Assembly (NCBI GenBank): GCA_963674825.1
Contig: OY771587.1
Coordinates: forward strand, 1,952,001-2,016,000
Source: Candidatus Cloacimonadales bacterium
Lineage (GTDB): Bacteria > Cloacimonadota > Cloacimonadia > Cloacimonadales > JAIOQZ01
Reading direction: 5' to 3'
DNA length: 64,000 nt
Below, piece after piece: positions 39,077 through 48,398 of the stretch (within the stretch, counting starts at the first letter, position 1; every line of letters begins with the position of its first letter). Made by a program: the position numbers and the translations under genes. The notes under the pieces are model-generated. The model searched no databases, was not told the origin of the DNA, and saw only the letters and a program-made list of their open reading frames with translations.

Positions 39077-40367
39077 GACGAAAGAACGGGATACAATTAT
39101 CCAGGCGCTACGTGCGGGTGTTGTGCCGAGAATCGGACAACAGCATATTCAGGTCGGACGACTACGCGAAGTCGAAACACTCAATCGTGATATCGATCTG
39201 ATTATCGATGGCGGAGCTTCGCTTCGCTTCATCATCGGCGATTATGGCGCAGGAAAGACATTTTTCCTCTTCCTGATTCGTTCGATTGCATTGCAGAAGA
39301 AACTCGTTACGATTCACGCTGATCTGACGCCCGACAGACGCCTGCAAGCATCGGGAGGACAAGCACGAAACCTGTATTCGGAGCTGGTTAAAAACATGTC
39401 CACCCGGTCAAAGCCGGATGGGAATGCACTTCACTCTGTGGTTGAGCGTTTCATCTCCGAAGCCATGAACGAGGCAAGGAAGACAGGCAGCGATGTCGAT
39501 GCGATTATCCATGAGAAAATGCAAAGCCTGAAAGAGATGATCGGCGGTTACGATTTTGCCGAGGTCTTGGTTCAATACTGGAAGGGATACGATAGTGGAA
39601 ACGATCGACTCATGAGCGATGCGATCCGTTGGCTTCGGGGTGAATTCACGACCCGCACTGATGCGAGAATAGCATTAGGCGTACGCTCGATCGTTGACGA
39701 CGCTCAATTCTACGATCAACTGAAATTGATGGCGCGCTTCGTCCGCTTGGCTGGTTATAGTGGCTTGCTGGTCAATCTCGACGAGATGGTCAATCTATAC
39801 AAGATCAGCAATTCGCGATCCCGAGATGCCAATTACGAACAAATTCTGCGAATCCTCAACGATTGCCTTCAGGGAACGGCGGAAGGACTCGGATACCTGT
39901 TTGGTGGAACGCCTGAATTTGTTACGGATTACAGAAGGGGATTGTATAGCTATGAAGCGCTTCAATCACGACTGAGAGAAAACACGTTTGCCGCAGACGG
40001 GCTGGAGGATATGTCCGGTCCTGTCATTCGTCTGTCCAGTCTTTCGCCTGAGGATATGTACGTCTTGCTGAGTAACCTGCTGGAAGTCTATCGCTCGGAT
40101 ACGAAAGTCATTCTCGATTTTCCGGAACAAGCGATCCCCTCCTTTCTCGAACATTGCTTCGGGAAAATCGGGGAAAGCTATTTCCGTACTCCACGCAGCA
40201 CAATCAGACCATTTCTCGACCTCCTTGCCATGTTGGAGCAACATCCGGAAATTCCATGGAATGTTCACCTGGGCAGTTGCAGAATTGAGGAAGATCAGAC
40301 TCCAGAATTAGCCAAAATCGACGAACCCGATGAAGATGAGGATTCGCTTGTCACCTTCAAGATCTGA
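39054..40367 (+). CDS. DUF2791 P-loop ATPase (Shango SngB-like, BrxD-related)
   Basis: ALRAGVVPRIG, GDYGAGKTFF, LDEMVNL. Confidence 0.88.
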   Translation: MEKTAKIKTKERDTIIQALRAGVVPRIGQQHIQVGRLREVETLNRDIDLIIDGGASLRFIIGDYGAGKTFFLFLIRSIALQKKLVTIHADLTPDRRLQASGGQARNLYSELVKNMSTRSKPDGNALHSVVERFISEAMNEARKTGSDVDAIIHEKMQSLKEMIGGYDFAEVLVQYWKGYDSGNDRLMSDAIRWLRGEFTTRTDARIALGVRSIVDDAQFYDQLKLMARFVRLAGYSGLLVNLDEMVNLYKISNSRSRDANYEQILRILNDCLQGTAEGLGYLFGGTPEFVTDYRRGLYSYEALQSRLRENTFAADGLEDMSGPVIRLSSLSPEDMYVLLSNLLEVYRSDTKVILDFPEQAIPSFLEHCFGKIGESYFRTPRSTIRPFLDLLAMLEQHPEIPWNVHLGSCRIEEDQTPELAKIDEPDEDEDSLVTFKI

Positions 40368-42540
40368 TTCTGCTGCATATCACAGGCTGCATCAAGCAAT
40401 GCGCCGCTGGATCCACAAGCAGGAATGGCGTAACCTGCACGCGATACAGGAAGAAGCCATTCCGGTGATCATGGACGCAGAACACGATGTTCTGATCATG
40501 GCTCCGACAGCCGGTGGCAAGACAGAAGCGGCATACCTGCCCATCCTATCGAAGATGCTCAATACTGACCGTTCTCAGGGGATTTCCGTGTTGAATATCA
40601 GCCCATTGAAAGCCCTGATCAACGATCAGTATATGCGCCTCCAAACGCTTTGCGAGCCAGTTGATATTACACTGACTCGCTGGCATGGCGATGCTTCTCA
40701 GGCTACCAAGCAAAACTTGCTCAAGAAACCGTCGGGCGTGCTCCTAATTACACCGGAGTCCCTTGAAGCGCTCTTCATGCACCACGGGATAAAGATGCGG
40801 CATCTCTTCGGAGCGCTTCAGTATATCGTGATCGACGAGCTGCATGCGTTTATCGGAAATGTACGGGGAAGACAATTGCAGTCTCAGCTGTGCCGACTCG
40901 AGAATATTCTCGGAAAACGCATTCCCCGAATTGCGTTGAGCGCGACGATCGGCGACAACGAGCTTGCGCGAAGTTTCCTGCGACCTGCTGCCCCTGAGAG
41001 CGTCATTGCGATTGAGTCTAAAGGGAATGGCGGTGAGCTGCGCCTTCTTGTGAAGGGTTATTGGCTTGACTATGGGCTTGATACTCAAGATGACGACATG
41101 GATAATTCGTATCGGGCAATCTGCGACGATCTCTATAAAACGCTTCGAGGCACGACCAATCTTGTTTTCGCCAACAGTCGCAGGGAAGTCGAGCTTGTGT
41201 CAAGCCAGTTGATCGATCTGTGTGAGAAGAGACGAGTCCCTGTAGAGTTCTTTCCCCACCACGGTAGCCTATCGGCGGACCGCCGTATCGAAGCGGAGAA
41301 ACGATTGAAAAAAAACGGTACGCCAACAACCGTCATCGCAACCAATACACTCGAACTAGGAATCGATATCGGAAGCGTAAATAGTATCGCCCAATTCGGA
41401 GCCCCACCATCGGTCGCCTCAATGAAACAACGGATCGGACGTTCGGGGAGACGGGATGGAGTCTCTCAGATGCGTATTTACTGTCGGGAACCTCAATATT
41501 CAGATCAGGGGAGTATAATAACGGGCCTGCATCTACCCCTGATTCGCGTTGTGGCAACGACCAATCTGATGCTTAAAGGTTGGTTCGAACCGCCCCTGAC
41601 CGACGCTTATGATTTCTCGACTCTCGTTCAACAGACGCTTTCCATGATCTGCGAGAGAGGCGGTTCCAAAGCCATCACTTTGTGGGATGTTCTATGCAAT
41701 CACGGCGCATTCTCACAAGTGGAACGGGAACTATATGTACGTTTCCTGCGTTCTCTGGCAACTTCGAAATTGATCGAGCAATCCCCGTCCGGAGAATTGT
41801 TGCTTGGTGAGATAGGTGAAAGACTTACGTCCAATTTCCGTTTTTTCGCGGCATTTCAGGAGATGGAAGAATATCTCCTGATCACCAATGGAAAAACACT
41901 CGGTAGGCTACCCATCCTATTCCCGCTTGTCCCGGACACACTGATCGTTTTTGCCGGTCGGTACTGGAGAATCGAATCGGTAGATGAGAAACGACACGAA
42001 GTCTATCTGATTCCCAGTGTGGGAGGTCGTTTACCATGGTTCGGAGGAAGTGGTGGCATCGTTCATCCCATGATTCGCCGCGAATGCAAGCGGATTTATC
42101 ACGATGACGATGTTCCTGAATTCCTTAACCATACGGCTCGGGATATTTTTCTCGAAGCTCGCAGGAACTATCACCGAGCTGGCTTGCACAAACGTTTTCT
42201 GGTTCCCGATGATGGGAAGGTGCTTATTTTCCTTTGGGATGGCGATCGGGTTTGTAATACGCTTTCCCTTCAGATGAAGCTCGATGGATTGGATAATTAC
42301 GTGCGAAATGGCATCATTATCGTTGATGAATCATGTGATAAGAAAATCCTTTCATACCTGAAGAAGCATGCGAGAAAGAAGATTTTTCGTGTGGACCAGT
42401 TGGTTAAGAGCGTGCAGAATCTTCGTTTCGAGAAACACGATGAGTTTGTCTCCGATGAACTGGCAGTCATGGATTATGCAAAGAAAATGCTGGATTGTGA
42501 AGGATTAAAATTCTGGCTATATCAACATTTCAATCAATGA
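40330..42540 (+). CDS. Lhr-like DEAD/DEAH helicase (Shango SngC-like)
   Basis: APTAGGKTEAA, TPESLE, DELH, SAT, HHGSL, QRIGRSGRR. Confidence 0.9.
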   Translation: MKMRIRLSPSRSDSAAYHRLHQAMRRWIHKQEWRNLHAIQEEAIPVIMDAEHDVLIMAPTAGGKTEAAYLPILSKMLNTDRSQGISVLNISPLKALINDQYMRLQTLCEPVDITLTRWHGDASQATKQNLLKKPSGVLLITPESLEALFMHHGIKMRHLFGALQYIVIDELHAFIGNVRGRQLQSQLCRLENILGKRIPRIALSATIGDNELARSFLRPAAPESVIAIESKGNGGELRLLVKGYWLDYGLDTQDDDMDNSYRAICDDLYKTLRGTTNLVFANSRREVELVSSQLIDLCEKRRVPVEFFPHHGSLSADRRIEAEKRLKKNGTPTTVIATNTLELGIDIGSVNSIAQFGAPPSVASMKQRIGRSGRRDGVSQMRIYCREPQYSDQGSIITGLHLPLIRVVATTNLMLKGWFEPPLTDAYDFSTLVQQTLSMICERGGSKAITLWDVLCNHGAFSQVERELYVRFLRSLATSKLIEQSPSGELLLGEIGERLTSNFRFFAAFQEMEEYLLITNGKTLGRLPILFPLVPDTLIVFAGRYWRIESVDEKRHEVYLIPSVGGRLPWFGGSGGIVHPMIRRECKRIYHDDDVPEFLNHTARDIFLEARRNYHRAGLHKRFLVPDDGKVLIFLWDGDRVCNTLSLQMKLDGLDNYVRNGIIIVDESCDKKILSYLKKHARKKIFRVDQLVKSVQNLRFEKHDEFVSDELAVMDYAKKMLDCEGLKFWLYQHFNQ

Positions 42541-42643
42541 AATTCACATAGCTGATTCTATTATAGATTCATCGGTTTTCATCACAGTTTGTCTCATTTC
42601 TGTCTCGTTCACGATATCAATAATTCGTATTCTGATGTTATAG

Positions 42644-43690
42644 TTGTGCTTATTAATCATATTTTCGGATTTGCCCGATATCCCCTCGCTGATCAAGAAT
42701 CCCAAGACGGTTGTTGTACCGGAAGAGCCATCGCTGTTGTTTGCGATATGCGGTGCGTTGGTACAGCAGGCGAATCGCAAGAACTTCGGACAAATTCTGA
42801 ACTATGCAGAGCGTATCCCACCGGAGTTCCTGGGCAAAATCCAGAAGATCGCCTCCACAGCAAGAGCCTACCACTATGAAAACCCCCTGCCGTGGATGGA
42901 CAAAGCCGGGATGCTCCTGCCCGATGGCGCGCTCATCCATCATCAATACGAGAATATGGAAGCAGAAGCGATCTATGCCAGCTTGCAGCAGGACAAGACG
43001 AGAAAGCGTTACCAGAATCCATCCTTCGGAGAGGTGCGAGACTACAAACCCAAGCCCGGTGACCTGCCCATGCCATAGCAGATGCAGAACACGAAGATAC
43101 AAGTCTCACAAGCCATGACCACCGCCAGAATGCAGGGGAAACTGCCCCAATCCATGAAGCGCACGATCCGCGAAATCCTTCAGCCACAGCTGCCATGGCG
43201 GGAAATCCTGAGTCGCTTCATCACGCAGAACTCACGTAACGACTACCAATGGAAACAGCCCAATCCGCGATATCTGCATGCGGGGCTATATCTGCCATCG
43301 CTATCAGCCCCGTCCCTCGACACCATTGCTGTCCTGATCGATACCAGCGGTTCCGTCAACCAGACGGAACTCGATCTATTCGCCTCGGAGCTCAAGTCCA
43401 TCCTCGCATCCTACCCCAACACAACCATCCACGTCGCCTACGTCGATAGCCACCTAGCGCACTACCACGATCTTACCTGTCACGATCTCCATCTCGAAGC
43501 CCAGGGCGGTGGAGGCACCGACTACCGACCTGGTTTCACCCACCTCGAAGACAACCAGATCAACCCCGCCTGCATCCTCTACTTCACCGACGGCTACTGC
43601 GACGCCATCCCCGATACATGCGATATTCCGACGCTATGGATCGTGACGGAGAGAACGCTTCATGCCGCCGTTTGGTGAAAAGTTAAAGGC
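42644..43690 (+). pseudogene. Decayed AAA-ATPase / DUF2201 metallopeptidase-VWA gene pair
   Basis: ATPase-like tail fused to a DUF2201-like segment; in-frame TAG at 43076; VWA motifs IDTSGS, GGGGTDY, YFTDGY; frameshift near the end (PPFGE in another frame). Confidence 0.7.
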
Positions 43691-43785
43691 AGGAGACCCC
43701 TGCCTTTTTTTGCTATTAGCTGAAATGGAGGATTACCTCAATAGTCCTTTAATAGCAGTGCAGTTCACTTTAGCTATTAACTAAT

Positions 43786-43895
43786 AAAAAAACGCCCCCT
43801 ACCGAAGTAGAGGGCAAAGTCGTCTCCCGATGGGAGTTGCCTGCGAAGCCAAAGCTTCTTGTTATGACAAGCGCAGACATCGATCAGTGATATCG
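43786..43895 (-). ncRNA. tracrRNA
   Basis: Anti-repeat at 43861-43894 (plus strand GTTATGACAAGCGCAGACATCGATCAGTGATATC, versus the repeat). On the minus strand it is followed by a nexus-like GAAGC/GCTTC hairpin, a CTCCC/GGGAG hairpin, and GCCCTCTAC-TTCG-GTAGGGGGC plus a U-run. Confidence 0.88.
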
Positions 43896-43971
43896 ATGAA
43901 AATAAATATCGATTGACATATATTGTCAAGCAATTCTCAATTATTTCAATATAACATACTGTGAGGCGATT

Positions 43972-46900
43972 ATGAAACGTTCAATTCTCGGGCTTGATCT
44001 CGGTACGAACTCCATTGGATGGGGACTCATCAATCTTGACGAAGCAAATCAGGAATCCGAAGGGACTATTCTCGGAACCGGTGTTCGTATCTTCCAGGAA
44101 ACGACGGAGGGGGTAAAAAAAGAACTGAAGAACCGGACACGTCGAGAAAAACGCGGCATGAGACGCACGATCTCCCGAAGAACAAGGCGCTATAAGCATC
44201 TGCAAAGCATACTCCGAAAAGCGGGTGTTTTTCCGGATGACGAACGCAAAGTCGAGGAGATCATGACCATGGGCGAACTGGGCTGTAATCCATACCTGTT
44301 TCGCAAGAAAGGTCTCGACGAGAAGCTCGAGCTCCACGAATTCGGACGGGCAATGTGCCACCTGAACCAGCGTCGCGGCTTCCAGAGCAACCGCAAAGAT
44401 GGCTCGAAGTCGAAAGAGGATACCGAGTACAAGCAAAAAATGGCAGAACTCGGTCAGGCTATCGAAGGGTCCAGCAATCGCACCCTCGGCGAATACCTTG
44501 CGAATCTCGATCCCTCAGAAAGCAAACGCAAGAAACACACCACGCGTGACATGTACAAAGAGGAGTTCGACAAGCTCTGGGACAAGCAAGCCGAGTACTA
44601 CCAGGATATCCTCACTTCGGAGTTAAAAGTCAGATGCCACAAAGCGATTTTCCATCAGCGTCCATTTCGCGTTCCGGACAGGCATATCGGCATGTGCTCG
44701 CTGGAACCAACGCGCAAGCGTGCCATGAAGGCTTCCGTCCTCGCGCAACGTGTTCGAATATGGCAGGAAATCAATAATCTGCGACGCATTGATCCTTTGA
44801 CTTACGAAGAGATCGAACTGACCATGGACCAGAAGAATGCTCTGTTCAGCTTGATGGATATCAAGAAAGAAATCAAATTTGACGATATCCGTAAGAAGCT
44901 GGGGCTCCATGAAAACGAGCACTTCAACCTCGAGACCGAAAACCGCAAGAAACTCAAGGGCAACACAACATACAATGCAATCAAAGCAGCTCTTGATAAA
45001 CAGAAACCAAAGAAAAATAAATGGAAAGACCTGACTGCTGACCAGCGCTTGCAGCTAGCAGAAGACCTTATTACCTGTGCCTTCGACCAGGAACAAGGGC
45101 TTTTAAATAGACTCCAGAAATTTTGGGGCTACGATAAGGATACCGCCGTCAAATTGGCGGAAATTTCATTCGACGAAGGCTACGCGAACCTCTCCGCCAA
45201 AGCCATGCGCAAGATACTTCCCTTCCTCCAGGATGGCAGCATGTATCGCCAGGCATGCGAAAAAGCCGGATATTTTAATTCTGAGCAACCCATAAGCAAC
45301 CATTCACTCGAAGAACTTCTGCGTGACCTTCGCAATCCCGTGGTTGTTAAAGCGCTACGCCAGACGATGAAAGTCGTTCGAGCCATTACCCGCATGCATG
45401 GCAGACCGGATGAAATCGTCATCGAGATGGCGCGCGATCTGAAACTATCCGGCAAGAAGAAGGAAGAAGCTGATAAAAGAAGATTCAGTAATGAACGCGA
45501 AAACGAAAGGGTTCGCGCCATCCTGGAGACCGAATTTGGGATGAAACCGAGCCGCAACGACATTATCAAATATCGCCTGTGGGAAGAGAGCGAACATGTG
45601 TGCCCATACACGGGTGTCGTGATCGAACGAGAACAACTATACTCCGGCGAGGTTGATATCGAACACATCATCCCATACAGTCGCAGCCTGGATGATTCCT
45701 ACATGAACAAGACTCTCTGTATGGCCGAAGAAAATCGCCTTGTCAAACGCAACCGAACCCCTTGGGAAGCCTACGGAAACGATTCCGATCGCTGGCAGGC
45801 AATGCTCCAGGCGATCAGAAAATTCCCCTATCCCAAGCGCATGAATTTTACCCGGCGTCAGCTCGACGATGACTTCGTCTCCCGCCAGCTTAACGATACC
45901 CGCTACATCTGCACGGCTGTCAAATCCGTCTTCGTGGCGATGGGCTACAAAGTGCGCGTTAGCAAGGGGCAATTAACTGCATTGCTACGCAACAAATGGG
46001 ACCTCGAACACATCCTCGGCACGAAAGCCGACGGTAAGAAAAGTCGCGACGACCATCGTCACCACGCTATTGACGCCATTGTCACCGCCTGTGTCTCACA
46101 GGGGATGTTGCAGAAGGTCTCACGCGCATCCTCCAAGCTGCATCCAGGCGAGCAATTACGTGATCGAGTATTCAAGCCGGTTGAACCGTGGACCGGTTTC
46201 AAGATGGATGTCGAGCGCGCCATCACAGGCATTGTCGTATCGCACCAGCCGATGCGAGGAATTCGCGGCGCGCTGCACCAGGATACCGCGTATGGTTTGA
46301 GGGAGGGAGACCCTGACGCAACGAAGCGCGAGTTTGTCCATCGTGTCCCGGTCGAGTCTCTCACAGCGGCACAAGTTAAAAAGATCATCGATCCAGAGGT
46401 GCAGAAGTTGGTGATCGCCTACCGGAACAATATCGATGAGGCAAAGCAGCAATATGACCGTGTGAAGAAGGGCTACGATCAGGATCTTAAGGATTTCTGG
46501 AAAACCAGGCTCGACGATACACAGAAGCAGCTTGTGCACAAGGACGGTAGCACGCCGATTAAGACCGTTAGAATCGCTGATAACATGAGCATCTCGACAA
46601 TGATGTATGTCAATGATGCAAGCAACAAACCATATAAATACTATGCCCAAGGTAGCAATCATCACGTCGAAATCATTCGGAATAAGATTTCCGGAAAGTA
46701 CGAAGGACGTTTTGTCACGATGATGGAAGCTGCCAGGCGGGTCAGAAGAGAAAATCTCCCAATCGTCCAATACGATCACGGTGAAGAGTGGGAATTTGTC
46801 ATGTGGCTGTCGATCAACGATATGGTCAAGTACAATTCTGGAGACAATAAACAAGGTATATATCGTGTACAATATATCGATCCGGTAAATAACGTCTTGT

Positions 46901-47049
46901 GTTTCCGATTGCACAGCGCTGCCACAATTGGCAATTCAGATGAAAGGCTGTTCGCATCAATTGGAAAAGTAAAAACGCCATTATTCCAAAAACTCCACGT
47001 CGATCCAATCGGCAATGCCAGGGAGTATATCGATGCGAAGAATCCTTGA
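43972..47049 (+). CDS. cas9: Type II-C Cas9 (1025 aa)
   Basis: RuvC-I GLDLGTNSIG, Arg-rich bridge helix, RuvC-II IEMARD, HNH DIEHIIPYS..DDSYMNK, RuvC-III HHAIDA. Confidence 0.97.
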   Translation: MKRSILGLDLGTNSIGWGLINLDEANQESEGTILGTGVRIFQETTEGVKKELKNRTRREKRGMRRTISRRTRRYKHLQSILRKAGVFPDDERKVEEIMTMGELGCNPYLFRKKGLDEKLELHEFGRAMCHLNQRRGFQSNRKDGSKSKEDTEYKQKMAELGQAIEGSSNRTLGEYLANLDPSESKRKKHTTRDMYKEEFDKLWDKQAEYYQDILTSELKVRCHKAIFHQRPFRVPDRHIGMCSLEPTRKRAMKASVLAQRVRIWQEINNLRRIDPLTYEEIELTMDQKNALFSLMDIKKEIKFDDIRKKLGLHENEHFNLETENRKKLKGNTTYNAIKAALDKQKPKKNKWKDLTADQRLQLAEDLITCAFDQEQGLLNRLQKFWGYDKDTAVKLAEISFDEGYANLSAKAMRKILPFLQDGSMYRQACEKAGYFNSEQPISNHSLEELLRDLRNPVVVKALRQTMKVVRAITRMHGRPDEIVIEMARDLKLSGKKKEEADKRRFSNERENERVRAILETEFGMKPSRNDIIKYRLWEESEHVCPYTGVVIEREQLYSGEVDIEHIIPYSRSLDDSYMNKTLCMAEENRLVKRNRTPWEAYGNDSDRWQAMLQAIRKFPYPKRMNFTRRQLDDDFVSRQLNDTRYICTAVKSVFVAMGYKVRVSKGQLTALLRNKWDLEHILGTKADGKKSRDDHRHHAIDAIVTACVSQGMLQKVSRASSKLHPGEQLRDRVFKPVEPWTGFKMDVERAITGIVVSHQPMRGIRGALHQDTAYGLREGDPDATKREFVHRVPVESLTAAQVKKIIDPEVQKLVIAYRNNIDEAKQQYDRVKKGYDQDLKDFWKTRLDDTQKQLVHKDGSTPIKTVRIADNMSISTMMYVNDASNKPYKYYAQGSNHHVEIIRNKISGKYEGRFVTMMEAARRVRRENLPIVQYDHGEEWEFVMWLSINDMVKYNSGDNKQGIYRVQYIDPVNNVLCFRLHSAATIGNSDERLFASIGKVKTPLFQKLHVDPIGNAREYIDAKNP

Positions 47050-47914
47050 TATCGACTGCCCAGCCAAGCTAAGCCTGCGCAAGAGCCAACTGGTCGTCAG
47101 TGCAGATGATGCCTCGACACAGGCTCCATTGGAGGACATCGGCGTGGTCGTCTTGACGCACCCGCAAGTGAATATCACCCAATCCCTGCTTGGCGCTTGT
47201 AGCGAGGCGGGAGTTGTGGTAATTGTCTGCAACAATCGCCGGTTGCCCGAATCAATCCTTCTACCGATCTCTGGAGCTTCTCTCCACACAAAATACCTGG
47301 CTCAACAGGTCAACATGACGCAACGTCTCAAAGACCGGGTATGGAAGGAAGTTGTACAGGCAAAAATCGCGGAACAAGCATTCTCCCTCAAGTTGGCAGG
47401 CAAAGACTACCGTAGCGTCAAATGCCTCGAGACCCGGGTTCGAGTCGGAGACAGCACATCCATCGAGGCCAGGGCTGCGGCGCTCTATTTCCCACGACTA
47501 CTCGGTAAAAGCTTCCGAAGAGATCCCATGAGGTTGGACATTAACGCCCTGCTCAACTACGGCTATGCACTCATCCGGGCAGCAATGGCACGAGCGGTCG
47601 TCGCCACCGGATTGCATCCGTCACTGGGGATCCATCACCACAACCAATACGACAGCCTTTGCCTGGCGGATGACATGATGGAGCCTTTCAGGCCCTATGT
47701 CGATACCCGTGTTGAGAAGATTGCCCAGGCTCAAGGACTCAACGCGTCAGTCAACCGTGACAATAAGCACGATCTCTTGAAAGTCCTGACCGAAAGCTGT
47801 CTCATTGATGGCGCGAGTACACCCATCCTCGTTTCCATGCAGCGCTATGCTGCATCACTGCGCCATGTCATTGCCGGTGACCGTAAGAAGCTGGTCATTC
47901 CCAGGCGGGAATAA
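47033..47914 (+). CDS. cas1: Type II Cas1
   Basis: PLEDIG, EARAA..YF, NALLNYGY, GIHH, LADDMMEPFRP. Confidence 0.96.
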   Translation: MRRILDIDCPAKLSLRKSQLVVSADDASTQAPLEDIGVVVLTHPQVNITQSLLGACSEAGVVVIVCNNRRLPESILLPISGASLHTKYLAQQVNMTQRLKDRVWKEVVQAKIAEQAFSLKLAGKDYRSVKCLETRVRVGDSTSIEARAAALYFPRLLGKSFRRDPMRLDINALLNYGYALIRAAMARAVVATGLHPSLGIHHHNQYDSLCLADDMMEPFRPYVDTRVEKIAQAQGLNASVNRDNKHDLLKVLTESCLIDGASTPILVSMQRYAASLRHVIAGDRKKLVIPRRE

Positions 47915-48387
47915 TGGTCTTTGGAGGATTCCGTAGTATGTGGTTGGTTTTAATGTTCGACCTCCCGGTCGATACCTCCAAAGCGCGTAAAGCATACACG
48001 CAGTTCCGCAAGAACCTGATCACGGATGGGTTCACGATGATGCAATACTCCGTGATGATCCGTCATTGCCCAACGGAGGAAAATGCCGAAGTGCACCGCA
48101 AAAGGGTTCAAGAATTTCTTCCACCCGATGGAGAGATTCGCATCCTTACCTTTACCGATAAACAGTTCGGGCGTATGCAGGTCTATCGTGGTAAAATCCG
48201 GGCCGCGACTGAAGCAGCGCCCAAACAACTCATGATCTTTGACGAAGACACAATGAGTGAGTATAACCAGCCAAAGAAAAAGCGGAAAACCAGTAGAAAA
48301 CAAAGGAAAAAGAGCCACGAATCGGATGAGAACAAGAAAAATGATGATGTTGAGCAGACCTGTAACTTTTGGGTTGACAATGAGTAA
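47914..48387 (+). CDS. cas2: Cas2 with C-terminal charged extension
   Basis: MWLVLMFDLPV, FRKNLITDGF.MMQYSV, TDKQF; extra ~48 aa tail. Confidence 0.93.
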   Translation: MVFGGFRSMWLVLMFDLPVDTSKARKAYTQFRKNLITDGFTMMQYSVMIRHCPTEENAEVHRKRVQEFLPPDGEIRILTFTDKQFGRMQVYRGKIRAATEAAPKQLMIFDEDTMSEYNQPKKKRKTSRKQRKKSHESDENKKNDDVEQTCNFWVDNE

Positions 48388-48398
48388 AGGGGAGCCCA

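Noticed and set aside
39054..40367. BREX system (BrxD-like ATPase)
   Set aside because: No pglX, pglZ or brxC; the TerB + ATPase + helicase context fits Shango.
43076..43078. In-frame TAG as pyrrolysine or programmed readthrough
   Set aside because: The same gene also has a deletion fusion and a frameshift, and no pyl genes are seen; decay is the simpler explanation.
43930..43975. Long tracrRNA forming a natural sgRNA via GTTAT on the minus strand
   Set aside because: Only a 5 nt match to the lower stem, with no identifiable promoter or separate target.
48271..48288. PKKKRK in the Cas2 tail resembles the SV40 NLS (engineered construct?)
   Set aside because: It sits in Cas2 within a native A-rich stretch; there are no tags, linkers or vector sequence.
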